Below, in pieces: positions 1-8,911 of a stretch of DNA of 64,000 nucleotides. The notes under the pieces are model-generated. The model made no database searches. It worked only from the letters and a program-made list of their open reading frames with translations, and was not told the origin of the DNA. The stretch covers positions 7,792 to 71,791 of the forward strand of contig CABPYL010000004.1 of the NCBI GenBank assembly GCA_902461565.1. The letters run 5' to 3'. This stretch comes from an uncultured Porphyromonadaceae bacterium (GTDB taxonomy: Bacteria; Bacteroidota; Bacteroidia; Bacteroidales; Muribaculaceae). Position numbers and translations under genes: made by a program. Numbering within the stretch: the stretch's first letter is position 1; the number at the start of each line of letters is the position of its first letter.

Positions 1-413
1 GCTATTCCGATCATACTTTGGGTATATCTGTGCCCGTCGCTGCAGTTGCTATGGGTGCCACAGTAATTGAAAAACATTTCACGCTTGACCGCAATATGCC
101 AGGCCCCGACCATAAGGCATCGCTTGATCCCGTTGAACTTGCCGCGATGGTAAAGGCTATACGTGAAGTGGAGGCTGCGCTGGGCGATGGTTTGAAGCGT
201 CCGAACAAATCGGAAGTCGAAATATCGAAAGTAGTACAGAAGTCTATTGTGGCTAAACGCCCCATCCGCAAAGGTGAGGTATTCTCAGCTGATAATCTAA
301 CCGTAAAGCGCACTGGCACAGGTCTTGGCGCTGTATACTGGGATATAGTCGCGGGCCTTGTGGCAGATGCCGATTATGCCGTGGACGAGCCAGTGCGTCT
401 GCAGACATGGTAA
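1..413 (+). CDS. neuB: N-acetylneuraminate synthase-family (NeuB/LegI/PseI) protein, 3' part with SAF domain; 5'-truncated by the window edge
   Basis: Frame is open from the edge: YSDHTLGISVPVAAVAMGATVIEKHFTLDRNMPGPDHKASL, then SAF-like KSIVAKRPIRKGEVFSADNLTVKRTGTG. Confidence 0.85.
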   Translation, partial: YSDHTLGISVPVAAVAMGATVIEKHFTLDRNMPGPDHKASLDPVELAAMVKAIREVEAALGDGLKRPNKSEVEISKVVQKSIVAKRPIRKGEVFSADNLTVKRTGTGLGAVYWDIVAGLVADADYAVDEPVRLQTW

Positions 414-414
414 T

Positions 415-792
415 TCACTTTGTCGGCAGGAAGGTGAAGCATACAGCACCTACAAGACAGAGGAACGCCGCTATGTGGTTCCACTGCAGGCGCTGGCCCT
501 GAAAGAGGAACATGGCAACAATGGTGAATACCGTAAGCGTTATCACTTCCTGAATAATCTTTAGCTGGAACAGCGAGAACGGACCGCCGTTATCCTGGAA
601 GCCGATTCGGTTTGCGGGAACCATAAAGCAGTACTCAAGCAACGCTATGCCCCATGAGAACAGTATCACGGCAAACAGCGGCCAATTGCGCGAGGTGCCG
701 CTTGTCTGGAGTTTAAGATGACCGTACCACGCGAATGTCATGAATACGTTGGAGATTATCAGAAGGATAATAGTGGCTAATGCTGATTTCAT
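415..792 (-). CDS. DMT-superfamily small membrane protein (DUF486-like)
   Basis: 125 aa with 4 hydrophobic helices; SNVFMTFAWYGHLK, SWGIALLEY, VPANRIG and QLKIIQEVITL motifs. Confidence 0.85.
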   Translation of the reverse strand: MKSALATIILLIISNVFMTFAWYGHLKLQTSGTSRNWPLFAVILFSWGIALLEYCFMVPANRIGFQDNGGPFSLFQLKIIQEVITLTVFTIVAMFLFQGQRLQWNHIAAFLCLVGAVCFTFLPTK

Positions 793-798
793 AATCCG

Positions 799-816
799 TA
801 ATTTTGCGCAAAATTA
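799..816. promoter_or_regulatory. Perfect 18-bp palindrome TAATTTTGCGCAAAATTA; the minus-strand half is the probable -7 promoter box of the DMT gene
   Basis: Each half matches the Bacteroidetes TAnnTTTG consensus; the minus copy (809-816) is 16 nt upstream of the ATG at 792. Confidence 0.5.
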
Positions 817-992
817 GCTCTTTTTCTCCAAATCCGGTCTACTTCGTTTCAAATTTAGAAATGTATTATTGGTGGTGTTATTATTTTTTGTCGATTATGG
901 CCTTGCACACATTTATTTTGTGTAAATTTGTAACGGAAAAGTATCGAACTTTCTGCGAAATTTTGAATAATAAGAAGAATAGAAAAATAGGT

Positions 993-1751
993 ATGAACAA
1001 AATTTTAGGTACGTTAATTGTATTCATTGCTATTACTGGTGTTTCTTGCAGCGATGACGATGAACCTCAAATTCCGGCTAATGCCATCCAGTTGAACATG
1101 ATGATTGGAGATAGTGAATCCACTATTGGCGGGTCGGATGTTTACATCAATACTTCCGTTAATTTCACAACAAATAATTGCGGCATTGCCGATCTTGGAA
1201 AGAAAGGCAGTTTAAATCAAAATCCCAATCTTTCCCAAATCGCTCAGCAGGTAGCAGTTACGCCGGGTAATTTCTATCAGATTACCCTTGCCGGAGATAT
1301 CCGGACAATAGCTGGTGCCCGCGCACTTCCCATAAAATCCAACTATTATAATGTATATGTAGATTCGTGGATTTATGATAAGGATAACGATATAAGCGGT
1401 GCGAAAGTAAAATATGCCGAATGTTTTCCGAACGTATATACAGACATTCTCCCCGAATGGGGTACAACATTTCCCGTTTATTTGAAATCCTGGGATAGTT
1501 CTGTATACGGAGAGTATGCGACATATACCTTCGACAAGAACGTAAAAATTGATTCCGGATATACCGTATATGCTTCAGAAGAAGGAAATACTGATTTACG
1601 GGATAACATACAGGTTACTATTCAGAACAATGAAATAAAGTTCTCAAACTCATCATATACCCCCTATGGCAAAGCAGTAGTTATAGTGAATATAAGATAT
1701 GAAAGCTTATACACACAAGTTCAATTCCTTGTAACTTCGTCGCGTATATGA
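993..1751 (+). CDS. Lipoprotein of unknown function (DUF5036-like)
   Basis: The ATG at 993 gives MNKILGTLIVFIAITGVSC-SDDDEP (lipobox plus acidic surface-export motif); TAAATTTG lies at 923-930; the track's start at 804 looks over-extended. Confidence 0.7.
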   Translation: MNKILGTLIVFIAITGVSCSDDDEPQIPANAIQLNMMIGDSESTIGGSDVYINTSVNFTTNNCGIADLGKKGSLNQNPNLSQIAQQVAVTPGNFYQITLAGDIRTIAGARALPIKSNYYNVYVDSWIYDKDNDISGAKVKYAECFPNVYTDILPEWGTTFPVYLKSWDSSVYGEYATYTFDKNVKIDSGYTVYASEEGNTDLRDNIQVTIQNNEIKFSNSSYTPYGKAVVIVNIRYESLYTQVQFLVTSSRI

Positions 1752-1845
1752 AAGTTAATTTGAATTAACGATTGTCGCGGCGCACTAAAAGTATCTCTTT
1801 TAATAACTAATTTCTCCTTTGAGTCAGTGGAGACTCCACGATGAT

Positions 1846-2172
1846 ATGAAAAGATTATTTCTCTCAATTTTCTTGGTGTTTGGCATTATCATTATGGCTA
1901 CTGCCGCACCTGTATTTAAGTCGCTGGATAATTTTAGTGGCAAAACAACTGTGATTGTCGAAGTCGACTCAGTGTCTACGATGCCAAATCTTCAAGATGT
2001 TGTATTTCACAACTCAGGGAAAGCCTATGAATGTAAAGAACTGAAAACAACTCTTACTGGTGAGAAACTAACCATTTCTGCGGGCTTTAAGAAATTCAAG
2101 ACATTTGAAAACTGCTATCTGACGTTCATGCTCGATGGGCAAATGCAGAAAGTAGAAATAGTTCATGAATAG
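1846..2172 (+). CDS. Small secreted hypothetical protein
   Basis: MKRLFLSIFLVFGIIIMATA-A signal peptide followed by a beta-rich mature region; AT-rich. Confidence 0.65.
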   Translation: MKRLFLSIFLVFGIIIMATAAPVFKSLDNFSGKTTVIVEVDSVSTMPNLQDVVFHNSGKAYECKELKTTLTGEKLTISAGFKKFKTFENCYLTFMLDGQMQKVEIVHE

Positions 2173-2230
2173 GAGGACTATGGCTATTATCGCATTCCAA
2201 GTAACTTAAGACATCTATTAGAAACAAACT

Positions 2231-2266
2231 AAAAGGAACTACAAGTTTTCGCCTGTAGTCCCTTTT
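2231..2266 (-). terminator. Rho-independent terminator downstream of gltD (possibly bidirectional)
   Basis: AAAAGGAACTACA...TGTAGTCCCTTTT inverted repeat; the single mismatch is a G-U pair on the minus strand; lies between convergent genes. Confidence 0.7.
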
Positions 2267-2304
2267 TATTATTTGATTTCGAAGTTTTAGTCCTGCAGAC
2301 CCTC

Positions 2305-3729
2305 TTAGGATAGGAAATCGTTGATGCCGGAAGCTGCTGCGCGTCCCGAGGCTATGGCCCGTACCACCAGGGAAGCGCCCGTACCCACGTCGCCTGCGGC
2401 GAATACTTTTGCGACGCTTGTTGCACGAGTAGCGTCGTCGGCACGAACATTGCCGCGTGCGTCTATTTCAACGCCTGACTGGTCAAGCAGACCTTCGGCC
2501 ACCGGGCCCGTGAACCCCATTGCCAAAAGTACAAGTTCTGCCTCGATGGTGTGTTTGCGGCCGGTGTGCACTAATTTTGGACGTCCGCCGGAAGGATCTT
2601 TTTCCCATAGCACTTCTTCAACCTCTGCCTTAGCCACTTTTCCGTCGGTGCCGGCTATAAAACGCGTGGTGTCGAGAAGCCAACGGCGGTCGCATCCTTC
2701 CTGATGGCTGCTGGTGGTTTTGAGAACAACCGGCCAATAGGGCCAAGGTGTTGCGGGATTCTCGTTCTCCGGGGGCTTAGGCATAATCTCTATCTGTGTT
2801 ACCGAGAGGGCACCCTGACGGTGTGCGGTACCTACGCAATCACTGCCCGTATCGCCGCCGCCGATTACAAGCACATTCTTCCCTCGGGCGCTGATACGGT
2901 TACCTTCGGCTACCTCGGTACCGGCATTGACACGGTTCTGCTGCTGCAGAAACTCGAGAGCGAAGTGTACGCCTGGAAGGTCGCGTCCTTCCACATTCAG
3001 ATTCCTCGGCACTTCGGCACCCATAGCGAGACACACGGCGTCGTAGCCTTCGAGAAGCTCTTTTGCAGTAATATCTTTGCCGACATGCACGCCGCAACGG
3101 AATTCCACGCCTTCTGCCTCCATAATGGCTATGCGCCGGTCAATAACAGCTTTGTCGAGCTTGAAATCTGGTATGCCGAAGCGCAGCAGGCCACCGGGAG
3201 CCTCGTTTTTCTCGAAAACGGTTACCGAATGACCGCTGTGATTGAGGCGATTGGCACATGCGAGGCCGGCGGGTCCGGAACCGATAACGGCGACTCTCTT
3301 ACCGGTGCGCGTGTGTGGCGGGCAGGGCTTTATACGTCCCTCGGCGAAAGCCGTCTCTACTATGGCGAGTTCGTTTTCGCGTACCGTAACAGGCTGGTGG
3401 TTGCGGTTAAGTACGCATCCTTTCTCGCACAGAGCTGGGCATACACGGCCTGTGAACTCGGGAAAGTCGTCTGTTGCCGACAGCAGACGGTAGGCACCCT
3501 CAATGTCATTTTTGTATAAGCGATCCTGCCATTCTGGCTGCCGGTTGCCTAAGGGACAGCTCCAGTGGCAGAATGGGGTGCCGCAGTCCATACACCGCGA
3601 GGCCTGTTCGCGCCGTTCCACGGGGTTGAGCCTCATTTCCACTTCATTGTAGTCGCGGACGCGTTCTTCAACAGGACGATAGCCGCCTTCCTTTCGGTTT
3701 ACGGTCATGAATGCTTTGGGATTTCCCAT
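2305..3729 (-). CDS. gltD: Glutamate synthase small subunit
   Basis: RCMDCGTPFC and GRVCPALCE Fe-S motifs; VIGSGPAG and VIGGGDTGSDC Rossmann motifs; adjacent to gltB. Confidence 0.97.
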   Translation of the reverse strand: MGNPKAFMTVNRKEGGYRPVEERVRDYNEVEMRLNPVERREQASRCMDCGTPFCHWSCPLGNRQPEWQDRLYKNDIEGAYRLLSATDDFPEFTGRVCPALCEKGCVLNRNHQPVTVRENELAIVETAFAEGRIKPCPPHTRTGKRVAVIGSGPAGLACANRLNHSGHSVTVFEKNEAPGGLLRFGIPDFKLDKAVIDRRIAIMEAEGVEFRCGVHVGKDITAKELLEGYDAVCLAMGAEVPRNLNVEGRDLPGVHFALEFLQQQNRVNAGTEVAEGNRISARGKNVLVIGGGDTGSDCVGTAHRQGALSVTQIEIMPKPPENENPATPWPYWPVVLKTTSSHQEGCDRRWLLDTTRFIAGTDGKVAKAEVEEVLWEKDPSGGRPKLVHTGRKHTIEAELVLLAMGFTGPVAEGLLDQSGVEIDARGNVRADDATRATSVAKVFAAGDVGTGASLVVRAIASGRAAASGINDFLS

Positions 3730-3749
3730 TATATGTTGTGTTTACGGGT

Positions 3750-6700
3750 TCAACTTTTATGTTTTTTCGCTTTAGCAGCTTCAAGTACCTTCTTGTACTC
3801 CACAGGAATCACTTTAAGAAACTGACGGACATATTCGTCCCAGTTGTCGAGCATGCGTGCCGCCAATGGCGAGCGCGTGTGCTTGTAGTGTGCCGATATA
3901 AGCCTGTGCAGCTCACGGTTGTCGGCAACGTCCTCTATCAGCGACAGTTCCACCATTTCCATGTTGCAGAAATAATCGAAGTCGCCGTTCGGGTTCCACA
4001 CGTATGCGATGCCCCCGCTCATGCCGGCGGCAAAATTGCGGCCTGTGGTGCCGAGAACAACTGTCCGGCCTCCGGTCATGTATTCGCAGCAATGGTCGCC
4101 TACACCCTCCACGACGGCAGTCGCGCCGGAATTGCGGACGCAGAAACGCTCGCCCACACGTCCGTTGATATATACTTCGCCGGCAGTCGCGCCGTACAGG
4201 ATGGTGTTGCCGGCAATGATGTTGTCCTCCGGGGCAAATGCCGAACCTTCGGGTGGAACAATCACAATCTTGCCGCCGGAGAGCGATTTTCCTACGTAGT
4301 CGTTGGCGTCGCCTTCCAGTCTGAAATATACGCCGCGGGGCAGGAATGCTCCGAAGCTCTGTCCGGAAGCTCCCTTGAACGTGCAGCGCACTGTGTCGGT
4401 CGGCAGACCTTCCTCTCCGAATTTTTTGGCTATCTCGCCGGAGAGCATGGCACCGGTGGCGCGGTCGGTATTTTTAATCGGGAATTCGAGGTCTACCATC
4501 ATGCCCGAAGTAAAGGCAGGATAGGCGCGTGATATGATTTCGCGGTCGAGTACTTTGTCGATTTCATGCGCCTGCTGTGTGGTGTTGAGGATAGAATTGA
4601 GAGCTGCTTCGGATGGCATGTAGAGGATGTTGGCGAGGTCGAGGCCTGGTGCGAACCTGGCTACTGTTTCCATTTTAACCTGCAGGAGGTCGGCACGTCC
4701 GATGATATCGTCCAGGCGGCGAATACCCAGGCTTGCCATCGTCTGCCTTATGTCGCGGGCGAGGAAACGGAAGAAGTTGATAACATATTCCGAGCGTCCG
4801 ATGAAACGTTTGCGCAATTCCTCGCTTTGCGTGGCTACTCCCATAGGGCACGTGTTCATGTGGCATTTGCGCATCATCACGCATCCGAGTACGATAAGGA
4901 TACTTGTGGCGAAACCGAATTCTTCGGCACCGAGCATAGCCATTACAAGCACGTCGCGTCCGGTTTTCAGCTGTCCGTCGGCCTGGAGCTTCACAAGCCC
5001 GCGCAGATTGTTCATCACAAGTGTCTGCTGAGTCTCTGCAAGGCCTATCTCCACAGGAACGCCCGCATAGCGAATCGAACTAACCGGTGATGCCCCGGTA
5101 CCGCCGTCGCTGCCGCTGATGGTGATAAGATCGCTTTTGGCTTTTGCCACGCCGGCGGCGATGGTGCCTACGCCGCTTTCCGCAACGAGTTTTACGCTCA
5201 CTTTTGCGTGCGGATTAACGTTCTTGAGGTCGAATATTAGCTGAGCGAGGTCTTCGATAGAATATATGTCGTGGTGCGGTGGCGGCGATATCAGGGTGAG
5301 GCCCGCGATGGAGCGACGTGTGCGCGCGATAATTTCGTCTACCTTGAATCCCGGCAGCTGACCGCCTTCGCCTGGTTTGGCGCCCTGAGCAATCTTTATC
5401 TGTATTTCGTCGGCATTCACGAGGTATTCGGCAGTAACCCCGAATCGGCCCGATGCAACCTGTTTTATGGCCGAACGAGCCGGTGTTGAGAAGCGTGCCG
5501 AATCCTCGCCGCCCTCGCCTGTGTTGGACCGTGCGCCAATGGCGTTCATGGCAATTGCTATGGCCTCGTGCGCCTCGCGGCTGATGGCGCCGAACGACAT
5601 TGCTCCGGTTACGAAGCGGCGCATAATGTCTTCCTCCGGCTCAACTTCATCGACAGGTATGGGATTGCTTTTTTTGAATTCGAGGAAGTCGCGGATAAAG
5701 AGCGGTTCTTCTTTTTCATCGACCAGACGCGTGAATTCCTTGAACTTGCTGAAATCGTTGAGCTTTGTGGCAAGCTGTAGAGTGGCTATTGTCTGCGGAT
5801 TCCAGGCGTGCTGCTCTCCGTCGCGACGGTATGCGTACTGTCCCACGAAAGGCAGCGGTGCCCCTGGATCGGTTTCTTGCTTGAATGCGCGGACATGTGC
5901 CTCGAGTATGTCTGACGCAATCTCGCGGGTATCTTTGCCTCCGATTTTGCTTTCAGTATCGCCGAGGTAGCGCTGGCACAGGTCGTTCTGAAGTCCTATC
6001 GCCTCGAACAGCTGAGCACCCTTATATGACGTTAGGGTGGATATACCCATCTTGGACATCACTTTCAGCAATCCCTTGTCTACGGCTTTCACGAAGTTTG
6101 TAGCGGCGGTGTTGAAATCAAGCTGTAGCTCGTGGCGCTTTACAAGGTCATCGAGCACGGCGAAAGCAAGGTATGGGTTAATGGCAGAAGCTCCATAGCC
6201 CACGAGCAGAGCGAAGTGCATTACCTCGCGAGCCTCGGCGGTTTCGATAACAAGAGCCGTCTGTACGCGTTTTTTCTTTTCTATGAGGTGATGGTGTACC
6301 GCAGATGTCGCCAGAAGCGATGGAATGGGCGCGTTCTGTGCGTCGACTCCGCGGTCTGACAGGATTACGTAGTTGCAGCCTTCGTCTACTGCCTTTTCGG
6401 CATCGGCGCACAGGCGCTCTATGCCGCGTTCAAGCCCTTCGGGTCCCTCGGCCACAGGGAAGGTCATGTCTAACTTGCGGGTGTTGAAACCCTTGTAGCG
6501 TAAGTTGCACAGCAGGTCGAGTTCGCGGTTGGTGATGATCGGACGCTTGAGAAGCACCATCTTGCACATCTCGGGCGACAATTCCATCAGCGAGAGCTTG
6601 ACTGCGCCGATATAGCTGTCAAGGCTCATAACAAGCTCCTCGCGCAGAGGATCGATGGGCGGGTTGGTAACTTGTGCGAAGTGTTGCCGGAAGTAGTTGT

Positions 6701-8219
6701 AGAACAGTTGCGGCTTGCGCGAGAACAGTGCTACAGGAGTATCCTTGCCCATAGAGCTTACAGGTTCCTTGGCATCGGTTGCCATAGGAGTGATTATCTT
6801 TTCTACCTCTTCACGGTTGTAGAGGAAAGCGGTTTCCAAACGGCGTAGATCGGATACAGATACAGGAATCTGGCGGCCTGAGGTTATCGAATCGAGACTG
6901 ATGCGGTTTCGCCCAAGCCAGTCGCGGTAAGGGAACTCAGAGGCAAGTTTTGCTTTAAGTTCTTCGTCGTGATATATGCGTCCTTCCTGCATGTCTACCA
7001 TCATCATCTTGCCAGGACGCAGACGCCCTTTGCATTTTATTTCGGAGGGGTCGAACGGTAGTACGCCCGTTTCGGAAGCCATTACGACTGTATCGTTGTT
7101 CGTTATCAGATAGCGGGCCGGACGCAGACCGTTTCGGTCCAGCATGCCGCCTGCGTAACGTCCGTCGCTGAACAGGAGCGCAGCCGGGCCATCCCATGCT
7201 TCCATAAGGATGGAGTGGTATTCGTAGAAAGCTTTCAGCTCCGGCGATATGGGGTTCTTGTCGTTGAACGATTCCGGCACAAGCATTGCCAGGGCGTGTG
7301 GCAGCGACATTCCGGCCATCACGAAGTATTCCAGCACGTTGTCCAGCGATGCCGAGTCGCTCATGCCGGGCTGTATCACTGGCGTAAGGTCGCGGCCCAT
7401 GAACGGTTCGGCCGTGAGCATGCTCTCGCGGGCTTTCATCCACAGACGGTTGCCCTGGATGGTGTTTATCTCGCCGTTATGCCCGAGTATTCGGAATGGC
7501 TGTGCCAGCGCCCAAGTGGGGAAGGTATTGGTGGAGAAACGCGAGTGCACCAGTGCCATCGCTGTGGTGAACCGCGGATTCATCAGGTCGGGATAGTAGT
7601 ACCTCAGCTGTAAACTGGAGAGCATTCCTTTGTATACGATAGTACGCGACGACAGCGATACGATGTAGAAATCGCTTTTCCCCGGAATGTCGGAGGCTGC
7701 TACTTTCCGTTCCACACTTTTACGCAACAGGTACAGAGGCACCTCTATAGGATTGTTGGTTTCTTCGTCGGAAATGAATATCTGTTTTATATCCGGTTCG
7801 GCCATGCGGGCAACCTCGCCGAGCTGTGCGTTGTTGGTTGGCACATCGCGTACAGCCATCAGTTTAAGACCTAAGCCGAGAGCTTCGCGTTCAATTATGT
7901 CGAGAATAATCTGTTGGCTTTCCATGTCGCGTGGAAGGAAAACCAGACCAGTGCCGTAGCGGCCTTTTTCGGGAACGGGAATGCCTTGTAGCAGGATGAA
8001 TTCGTGAGGTACCTGCACCATTATGCCGGCGCCGTCTCCCGTTTTGGGATCGGCGCCCTCGGCGCCGCGGTGTACCATGTGCTCCAGTACCTGCAAACCT
8101 TGCTCGACGAGACGGTGGCTTTTTATTCCGTTAACGTTCACCAGCAGTCCCACGCCGCAGGCATCATGCTCATGACGAGGGTTATACAGACCGCAATGGT
8201 CTTCGGGAAGTCCTTTCAT
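3750..8219 (-). CDS. gltB: Glutamate synthase large subunit
   Basis: HDACGVG Ntn cysteine; HSRFSTNTFPTW, HNGEINT, IKIAQGAKPGEGGQLPG, CVMMRKCHMNTCPMGV; GXGXG C-terminal domain. Confidence 0.98.
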   Translation of the reverse strand: MKGLPEDHCGLYNPRHEHDACGVGLLVNVNGIKSHRLVEQGLQVLEHMVHRGAEGADPKTGDGAGIMVQVPHEFILLQGIPVPEKGRYGTGLVFLPRDMESQQIILDIIEREALGLGLKLMAVRDVPTNNAQLGEVARMAEPDIKQIFISDEETNNPIEVPLYLLRKSVERKVAASDIPGKSDFYIVSLSSRTIVYKGMLSSLQLRYYYPDLMNPRFTTAMALVHSRFSTNTFPTWALAQPFRILGHNGEINTIQGNRLWMKARESMLTAEPFMGRDLTPVIQPGMSDSASLDNVLEYFVMAGMSLPHALAMLVPESFNDKNPISPELKAFYEYHSILMEAWDGPAALLFSDGRYAGGMLDRNGLRPARYLITNNDTVVMASETGVLPFDPSEIKCKGRLRPGKMMMVDMQEGRIYHDEELKAKLASEFPYRDWLGRNRISLDSITSGRQIPVSVSDLRRLETAFLYNREEVEKIITPMATDAKEPVSSMGKDTPVALFSRKPQLFYNYFRQHFAQVTNPPIDPLREELVMSLDSYIGAVKLSLMELSPEMCKMVLLKRPIITNRELDLLCNLRYKGFNTRKLDMTFPVAEGPEGLERGIERLCADAEKAVDEGCNYVILSDRGVDAQNAPIPSLLATSAVHHHLIEKKKRVQTALVIETAEAREVMHFALLVGYGASAINPYLAFAVLDDLVKRHELQLDFNTAATNFVKAVDKGLLKVMSKMGISTLTSYKGAQLFEAIGLQNDLCQRYLGDTESKIGGKDTREIASDILEAHVRAFKQETDPGAPLPFVGQYAYRRDGEQHAWNPQTIATLQLATKLNDFSKFKEFTRLVDEKEEPLFIRDFLEFKKSNPIPVDEVEPEEDIMRRFVTGAMSFGAISREAHEAIAIAMNAIGARSNTGEGGEDSARFSTPARSAIKQVASGRFGVTAEYLVNADEIQIKIAQGAKPGEGGQLPGFKVDEIIARTRRSIAGLTLISPPPHHDIYSIEDLAQLIFDLKNVNPHAKVSVKLVAESGVGTIAAGVAKAKSDLITISGSDGGTGASPVSSIRYAGVPVEIGLAETQQTLVMNNLRGLVKLQADGQLKTGRDVLVMAMLGAEEFGFATSILIVLGCVMMRKCHMNTCPMGVATQSEELRKRFIGRSEYVINFFRFLARDIRQTMASLGIRRLDDIIGRADLLQVKMETVARFAPGLDLANILYMPSEAALNSILNTTQQAHEIDKVLDREIISRAYPAFTSGMMVDLEFPIKNTDRATGAMLSGEIAKKFGEEGLPTDTVRCTFKGASGQSFGAFLPRGVYFRLEGDANDYVGKSLSGGKIVIVPPEGSAFAPEDNIIAGNTILYGATAGEVYINGRVGERFCVRNSGATAVVEGVGDHCCEYMTGGRTVVLGTTGRNFAAGMSGGIAYVWNPNGDFDYFCNMEMVELSLIEDVADNRELHRLISAHYKHTRSPLAARMLDNWDEYVRQFLKVIPVEYKKVLEAAKAKKHKS

Positions 8220-8243
8220 AAAACAAATTTTCTTTTAGCGGTG

Positions 8244-8251
8244 CAAAATTA
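8244..8251 (-). promoter_or_regulatory. -7 promoter box (TAATTTTG) for gltBD
   Basis: Consensus TAnnTTTG 24 nt upstream of the gltB ATG. Confidence 0.6.
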
Positions 8252-8326
8252 GCAAATTTCCATAAATTTCCCAAATAAACATGCGATAAAATCGCAAATA
8301 TGAATAAATGCTGACAAATTGTGAGT

Positions 8327-8785
8327 TTAATCGAGGCGGAATACAATTCTTTGTACTCCATCAGTATAGCGTGAGCTGGAGATGCGGAAAGTACCAATCT
8401 CGCCGGTGTGCCTGACGTGTGTGCCGGCGCACAGGCATTCGTCGAAATCGCCTATGCGCACTACACGTACGGTATCTGTGGCATCTTCGGGCAACCGCGA
8501 TAGGTCGAAACGTGCAGCAGCTTCGGCTTTTGGGATATAATCGATGCTTACGGCGACGTCGGCAGCTACCGCTGCGTTCACATACGTCTCCAGATCGCGT
8601 AGTTCGGAATCGGTAAGCCCACGGGGCAGATGATAGTCAAGCTTGGATTTCTTGCGTTCCACATGTGCGCTAAAAGCACGGCCGCAGCCGAAGCGGCGCG
8701 CCATTTCGCCGTTCACCAAGTGTTCTGCCGTGTGCATCGGCGGGAATTCTTCTTTATTATGAGGATTTATGACTGGTTCTTCCAT
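8327..8785 (-). CDS. Stand-alone AlaRS/ThrRS-type editing domain protein (AlaX-like)
   Basis: HTAEH and CAGTH zinc-binding motifs, VRVVRIGDFDECLC, RIVFRL end; about 152 aa. Confidence 0.8.
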   Translation of the reverse strand: MEEPVINPHNKEEFPPMHTAEHLVNGEMARRFGCGRAFSAHVERKKSKLDYHLPRGLTDSELRDLETYVNAAVAADVAVSIDYIPKAEAAARFDLSRLPEDATDTVRVVRIGDFDECLCAGTHVRHTGEIGTFRISSSRYTDGVQRIVFRLD

Positions 8786-8816
8786 AACAAACGACATTTG
8801 ATTAGCGTTGATTTAG

Positions 8817-8870
8817 CAAAGATAAGCAAAGTTTTCTTATTTGAGGTAATTGGCTTTTTGTTTAATTTTG
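8817..8870. promoter_or_regulatory. Divergent -7 boxes: TATCTTTG (minus, 8817-8824, AlaX-like gene) and TAATTTTG (plus, 8863-8870, GH3)
   Basis: Both match TAnnTTTG and sit just upstream of their start codons in an AT-rich spacer. Confidence 0.55.
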
Positions 8871-8911
8871 CATTGGAAACCCCGGGATACTTATGGTTTC
8901 CTCCATGATTT

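Noticed and set aside
804..992. N-terminal extension of the 804..1751 ORF; likewise the track's starts at 21783 (dtd) and 36754 (HTCS)
   Set aside because: These extensions run through promoter or terminator DNA. Downstream ATGs give proper signal peptides or family N-termini.
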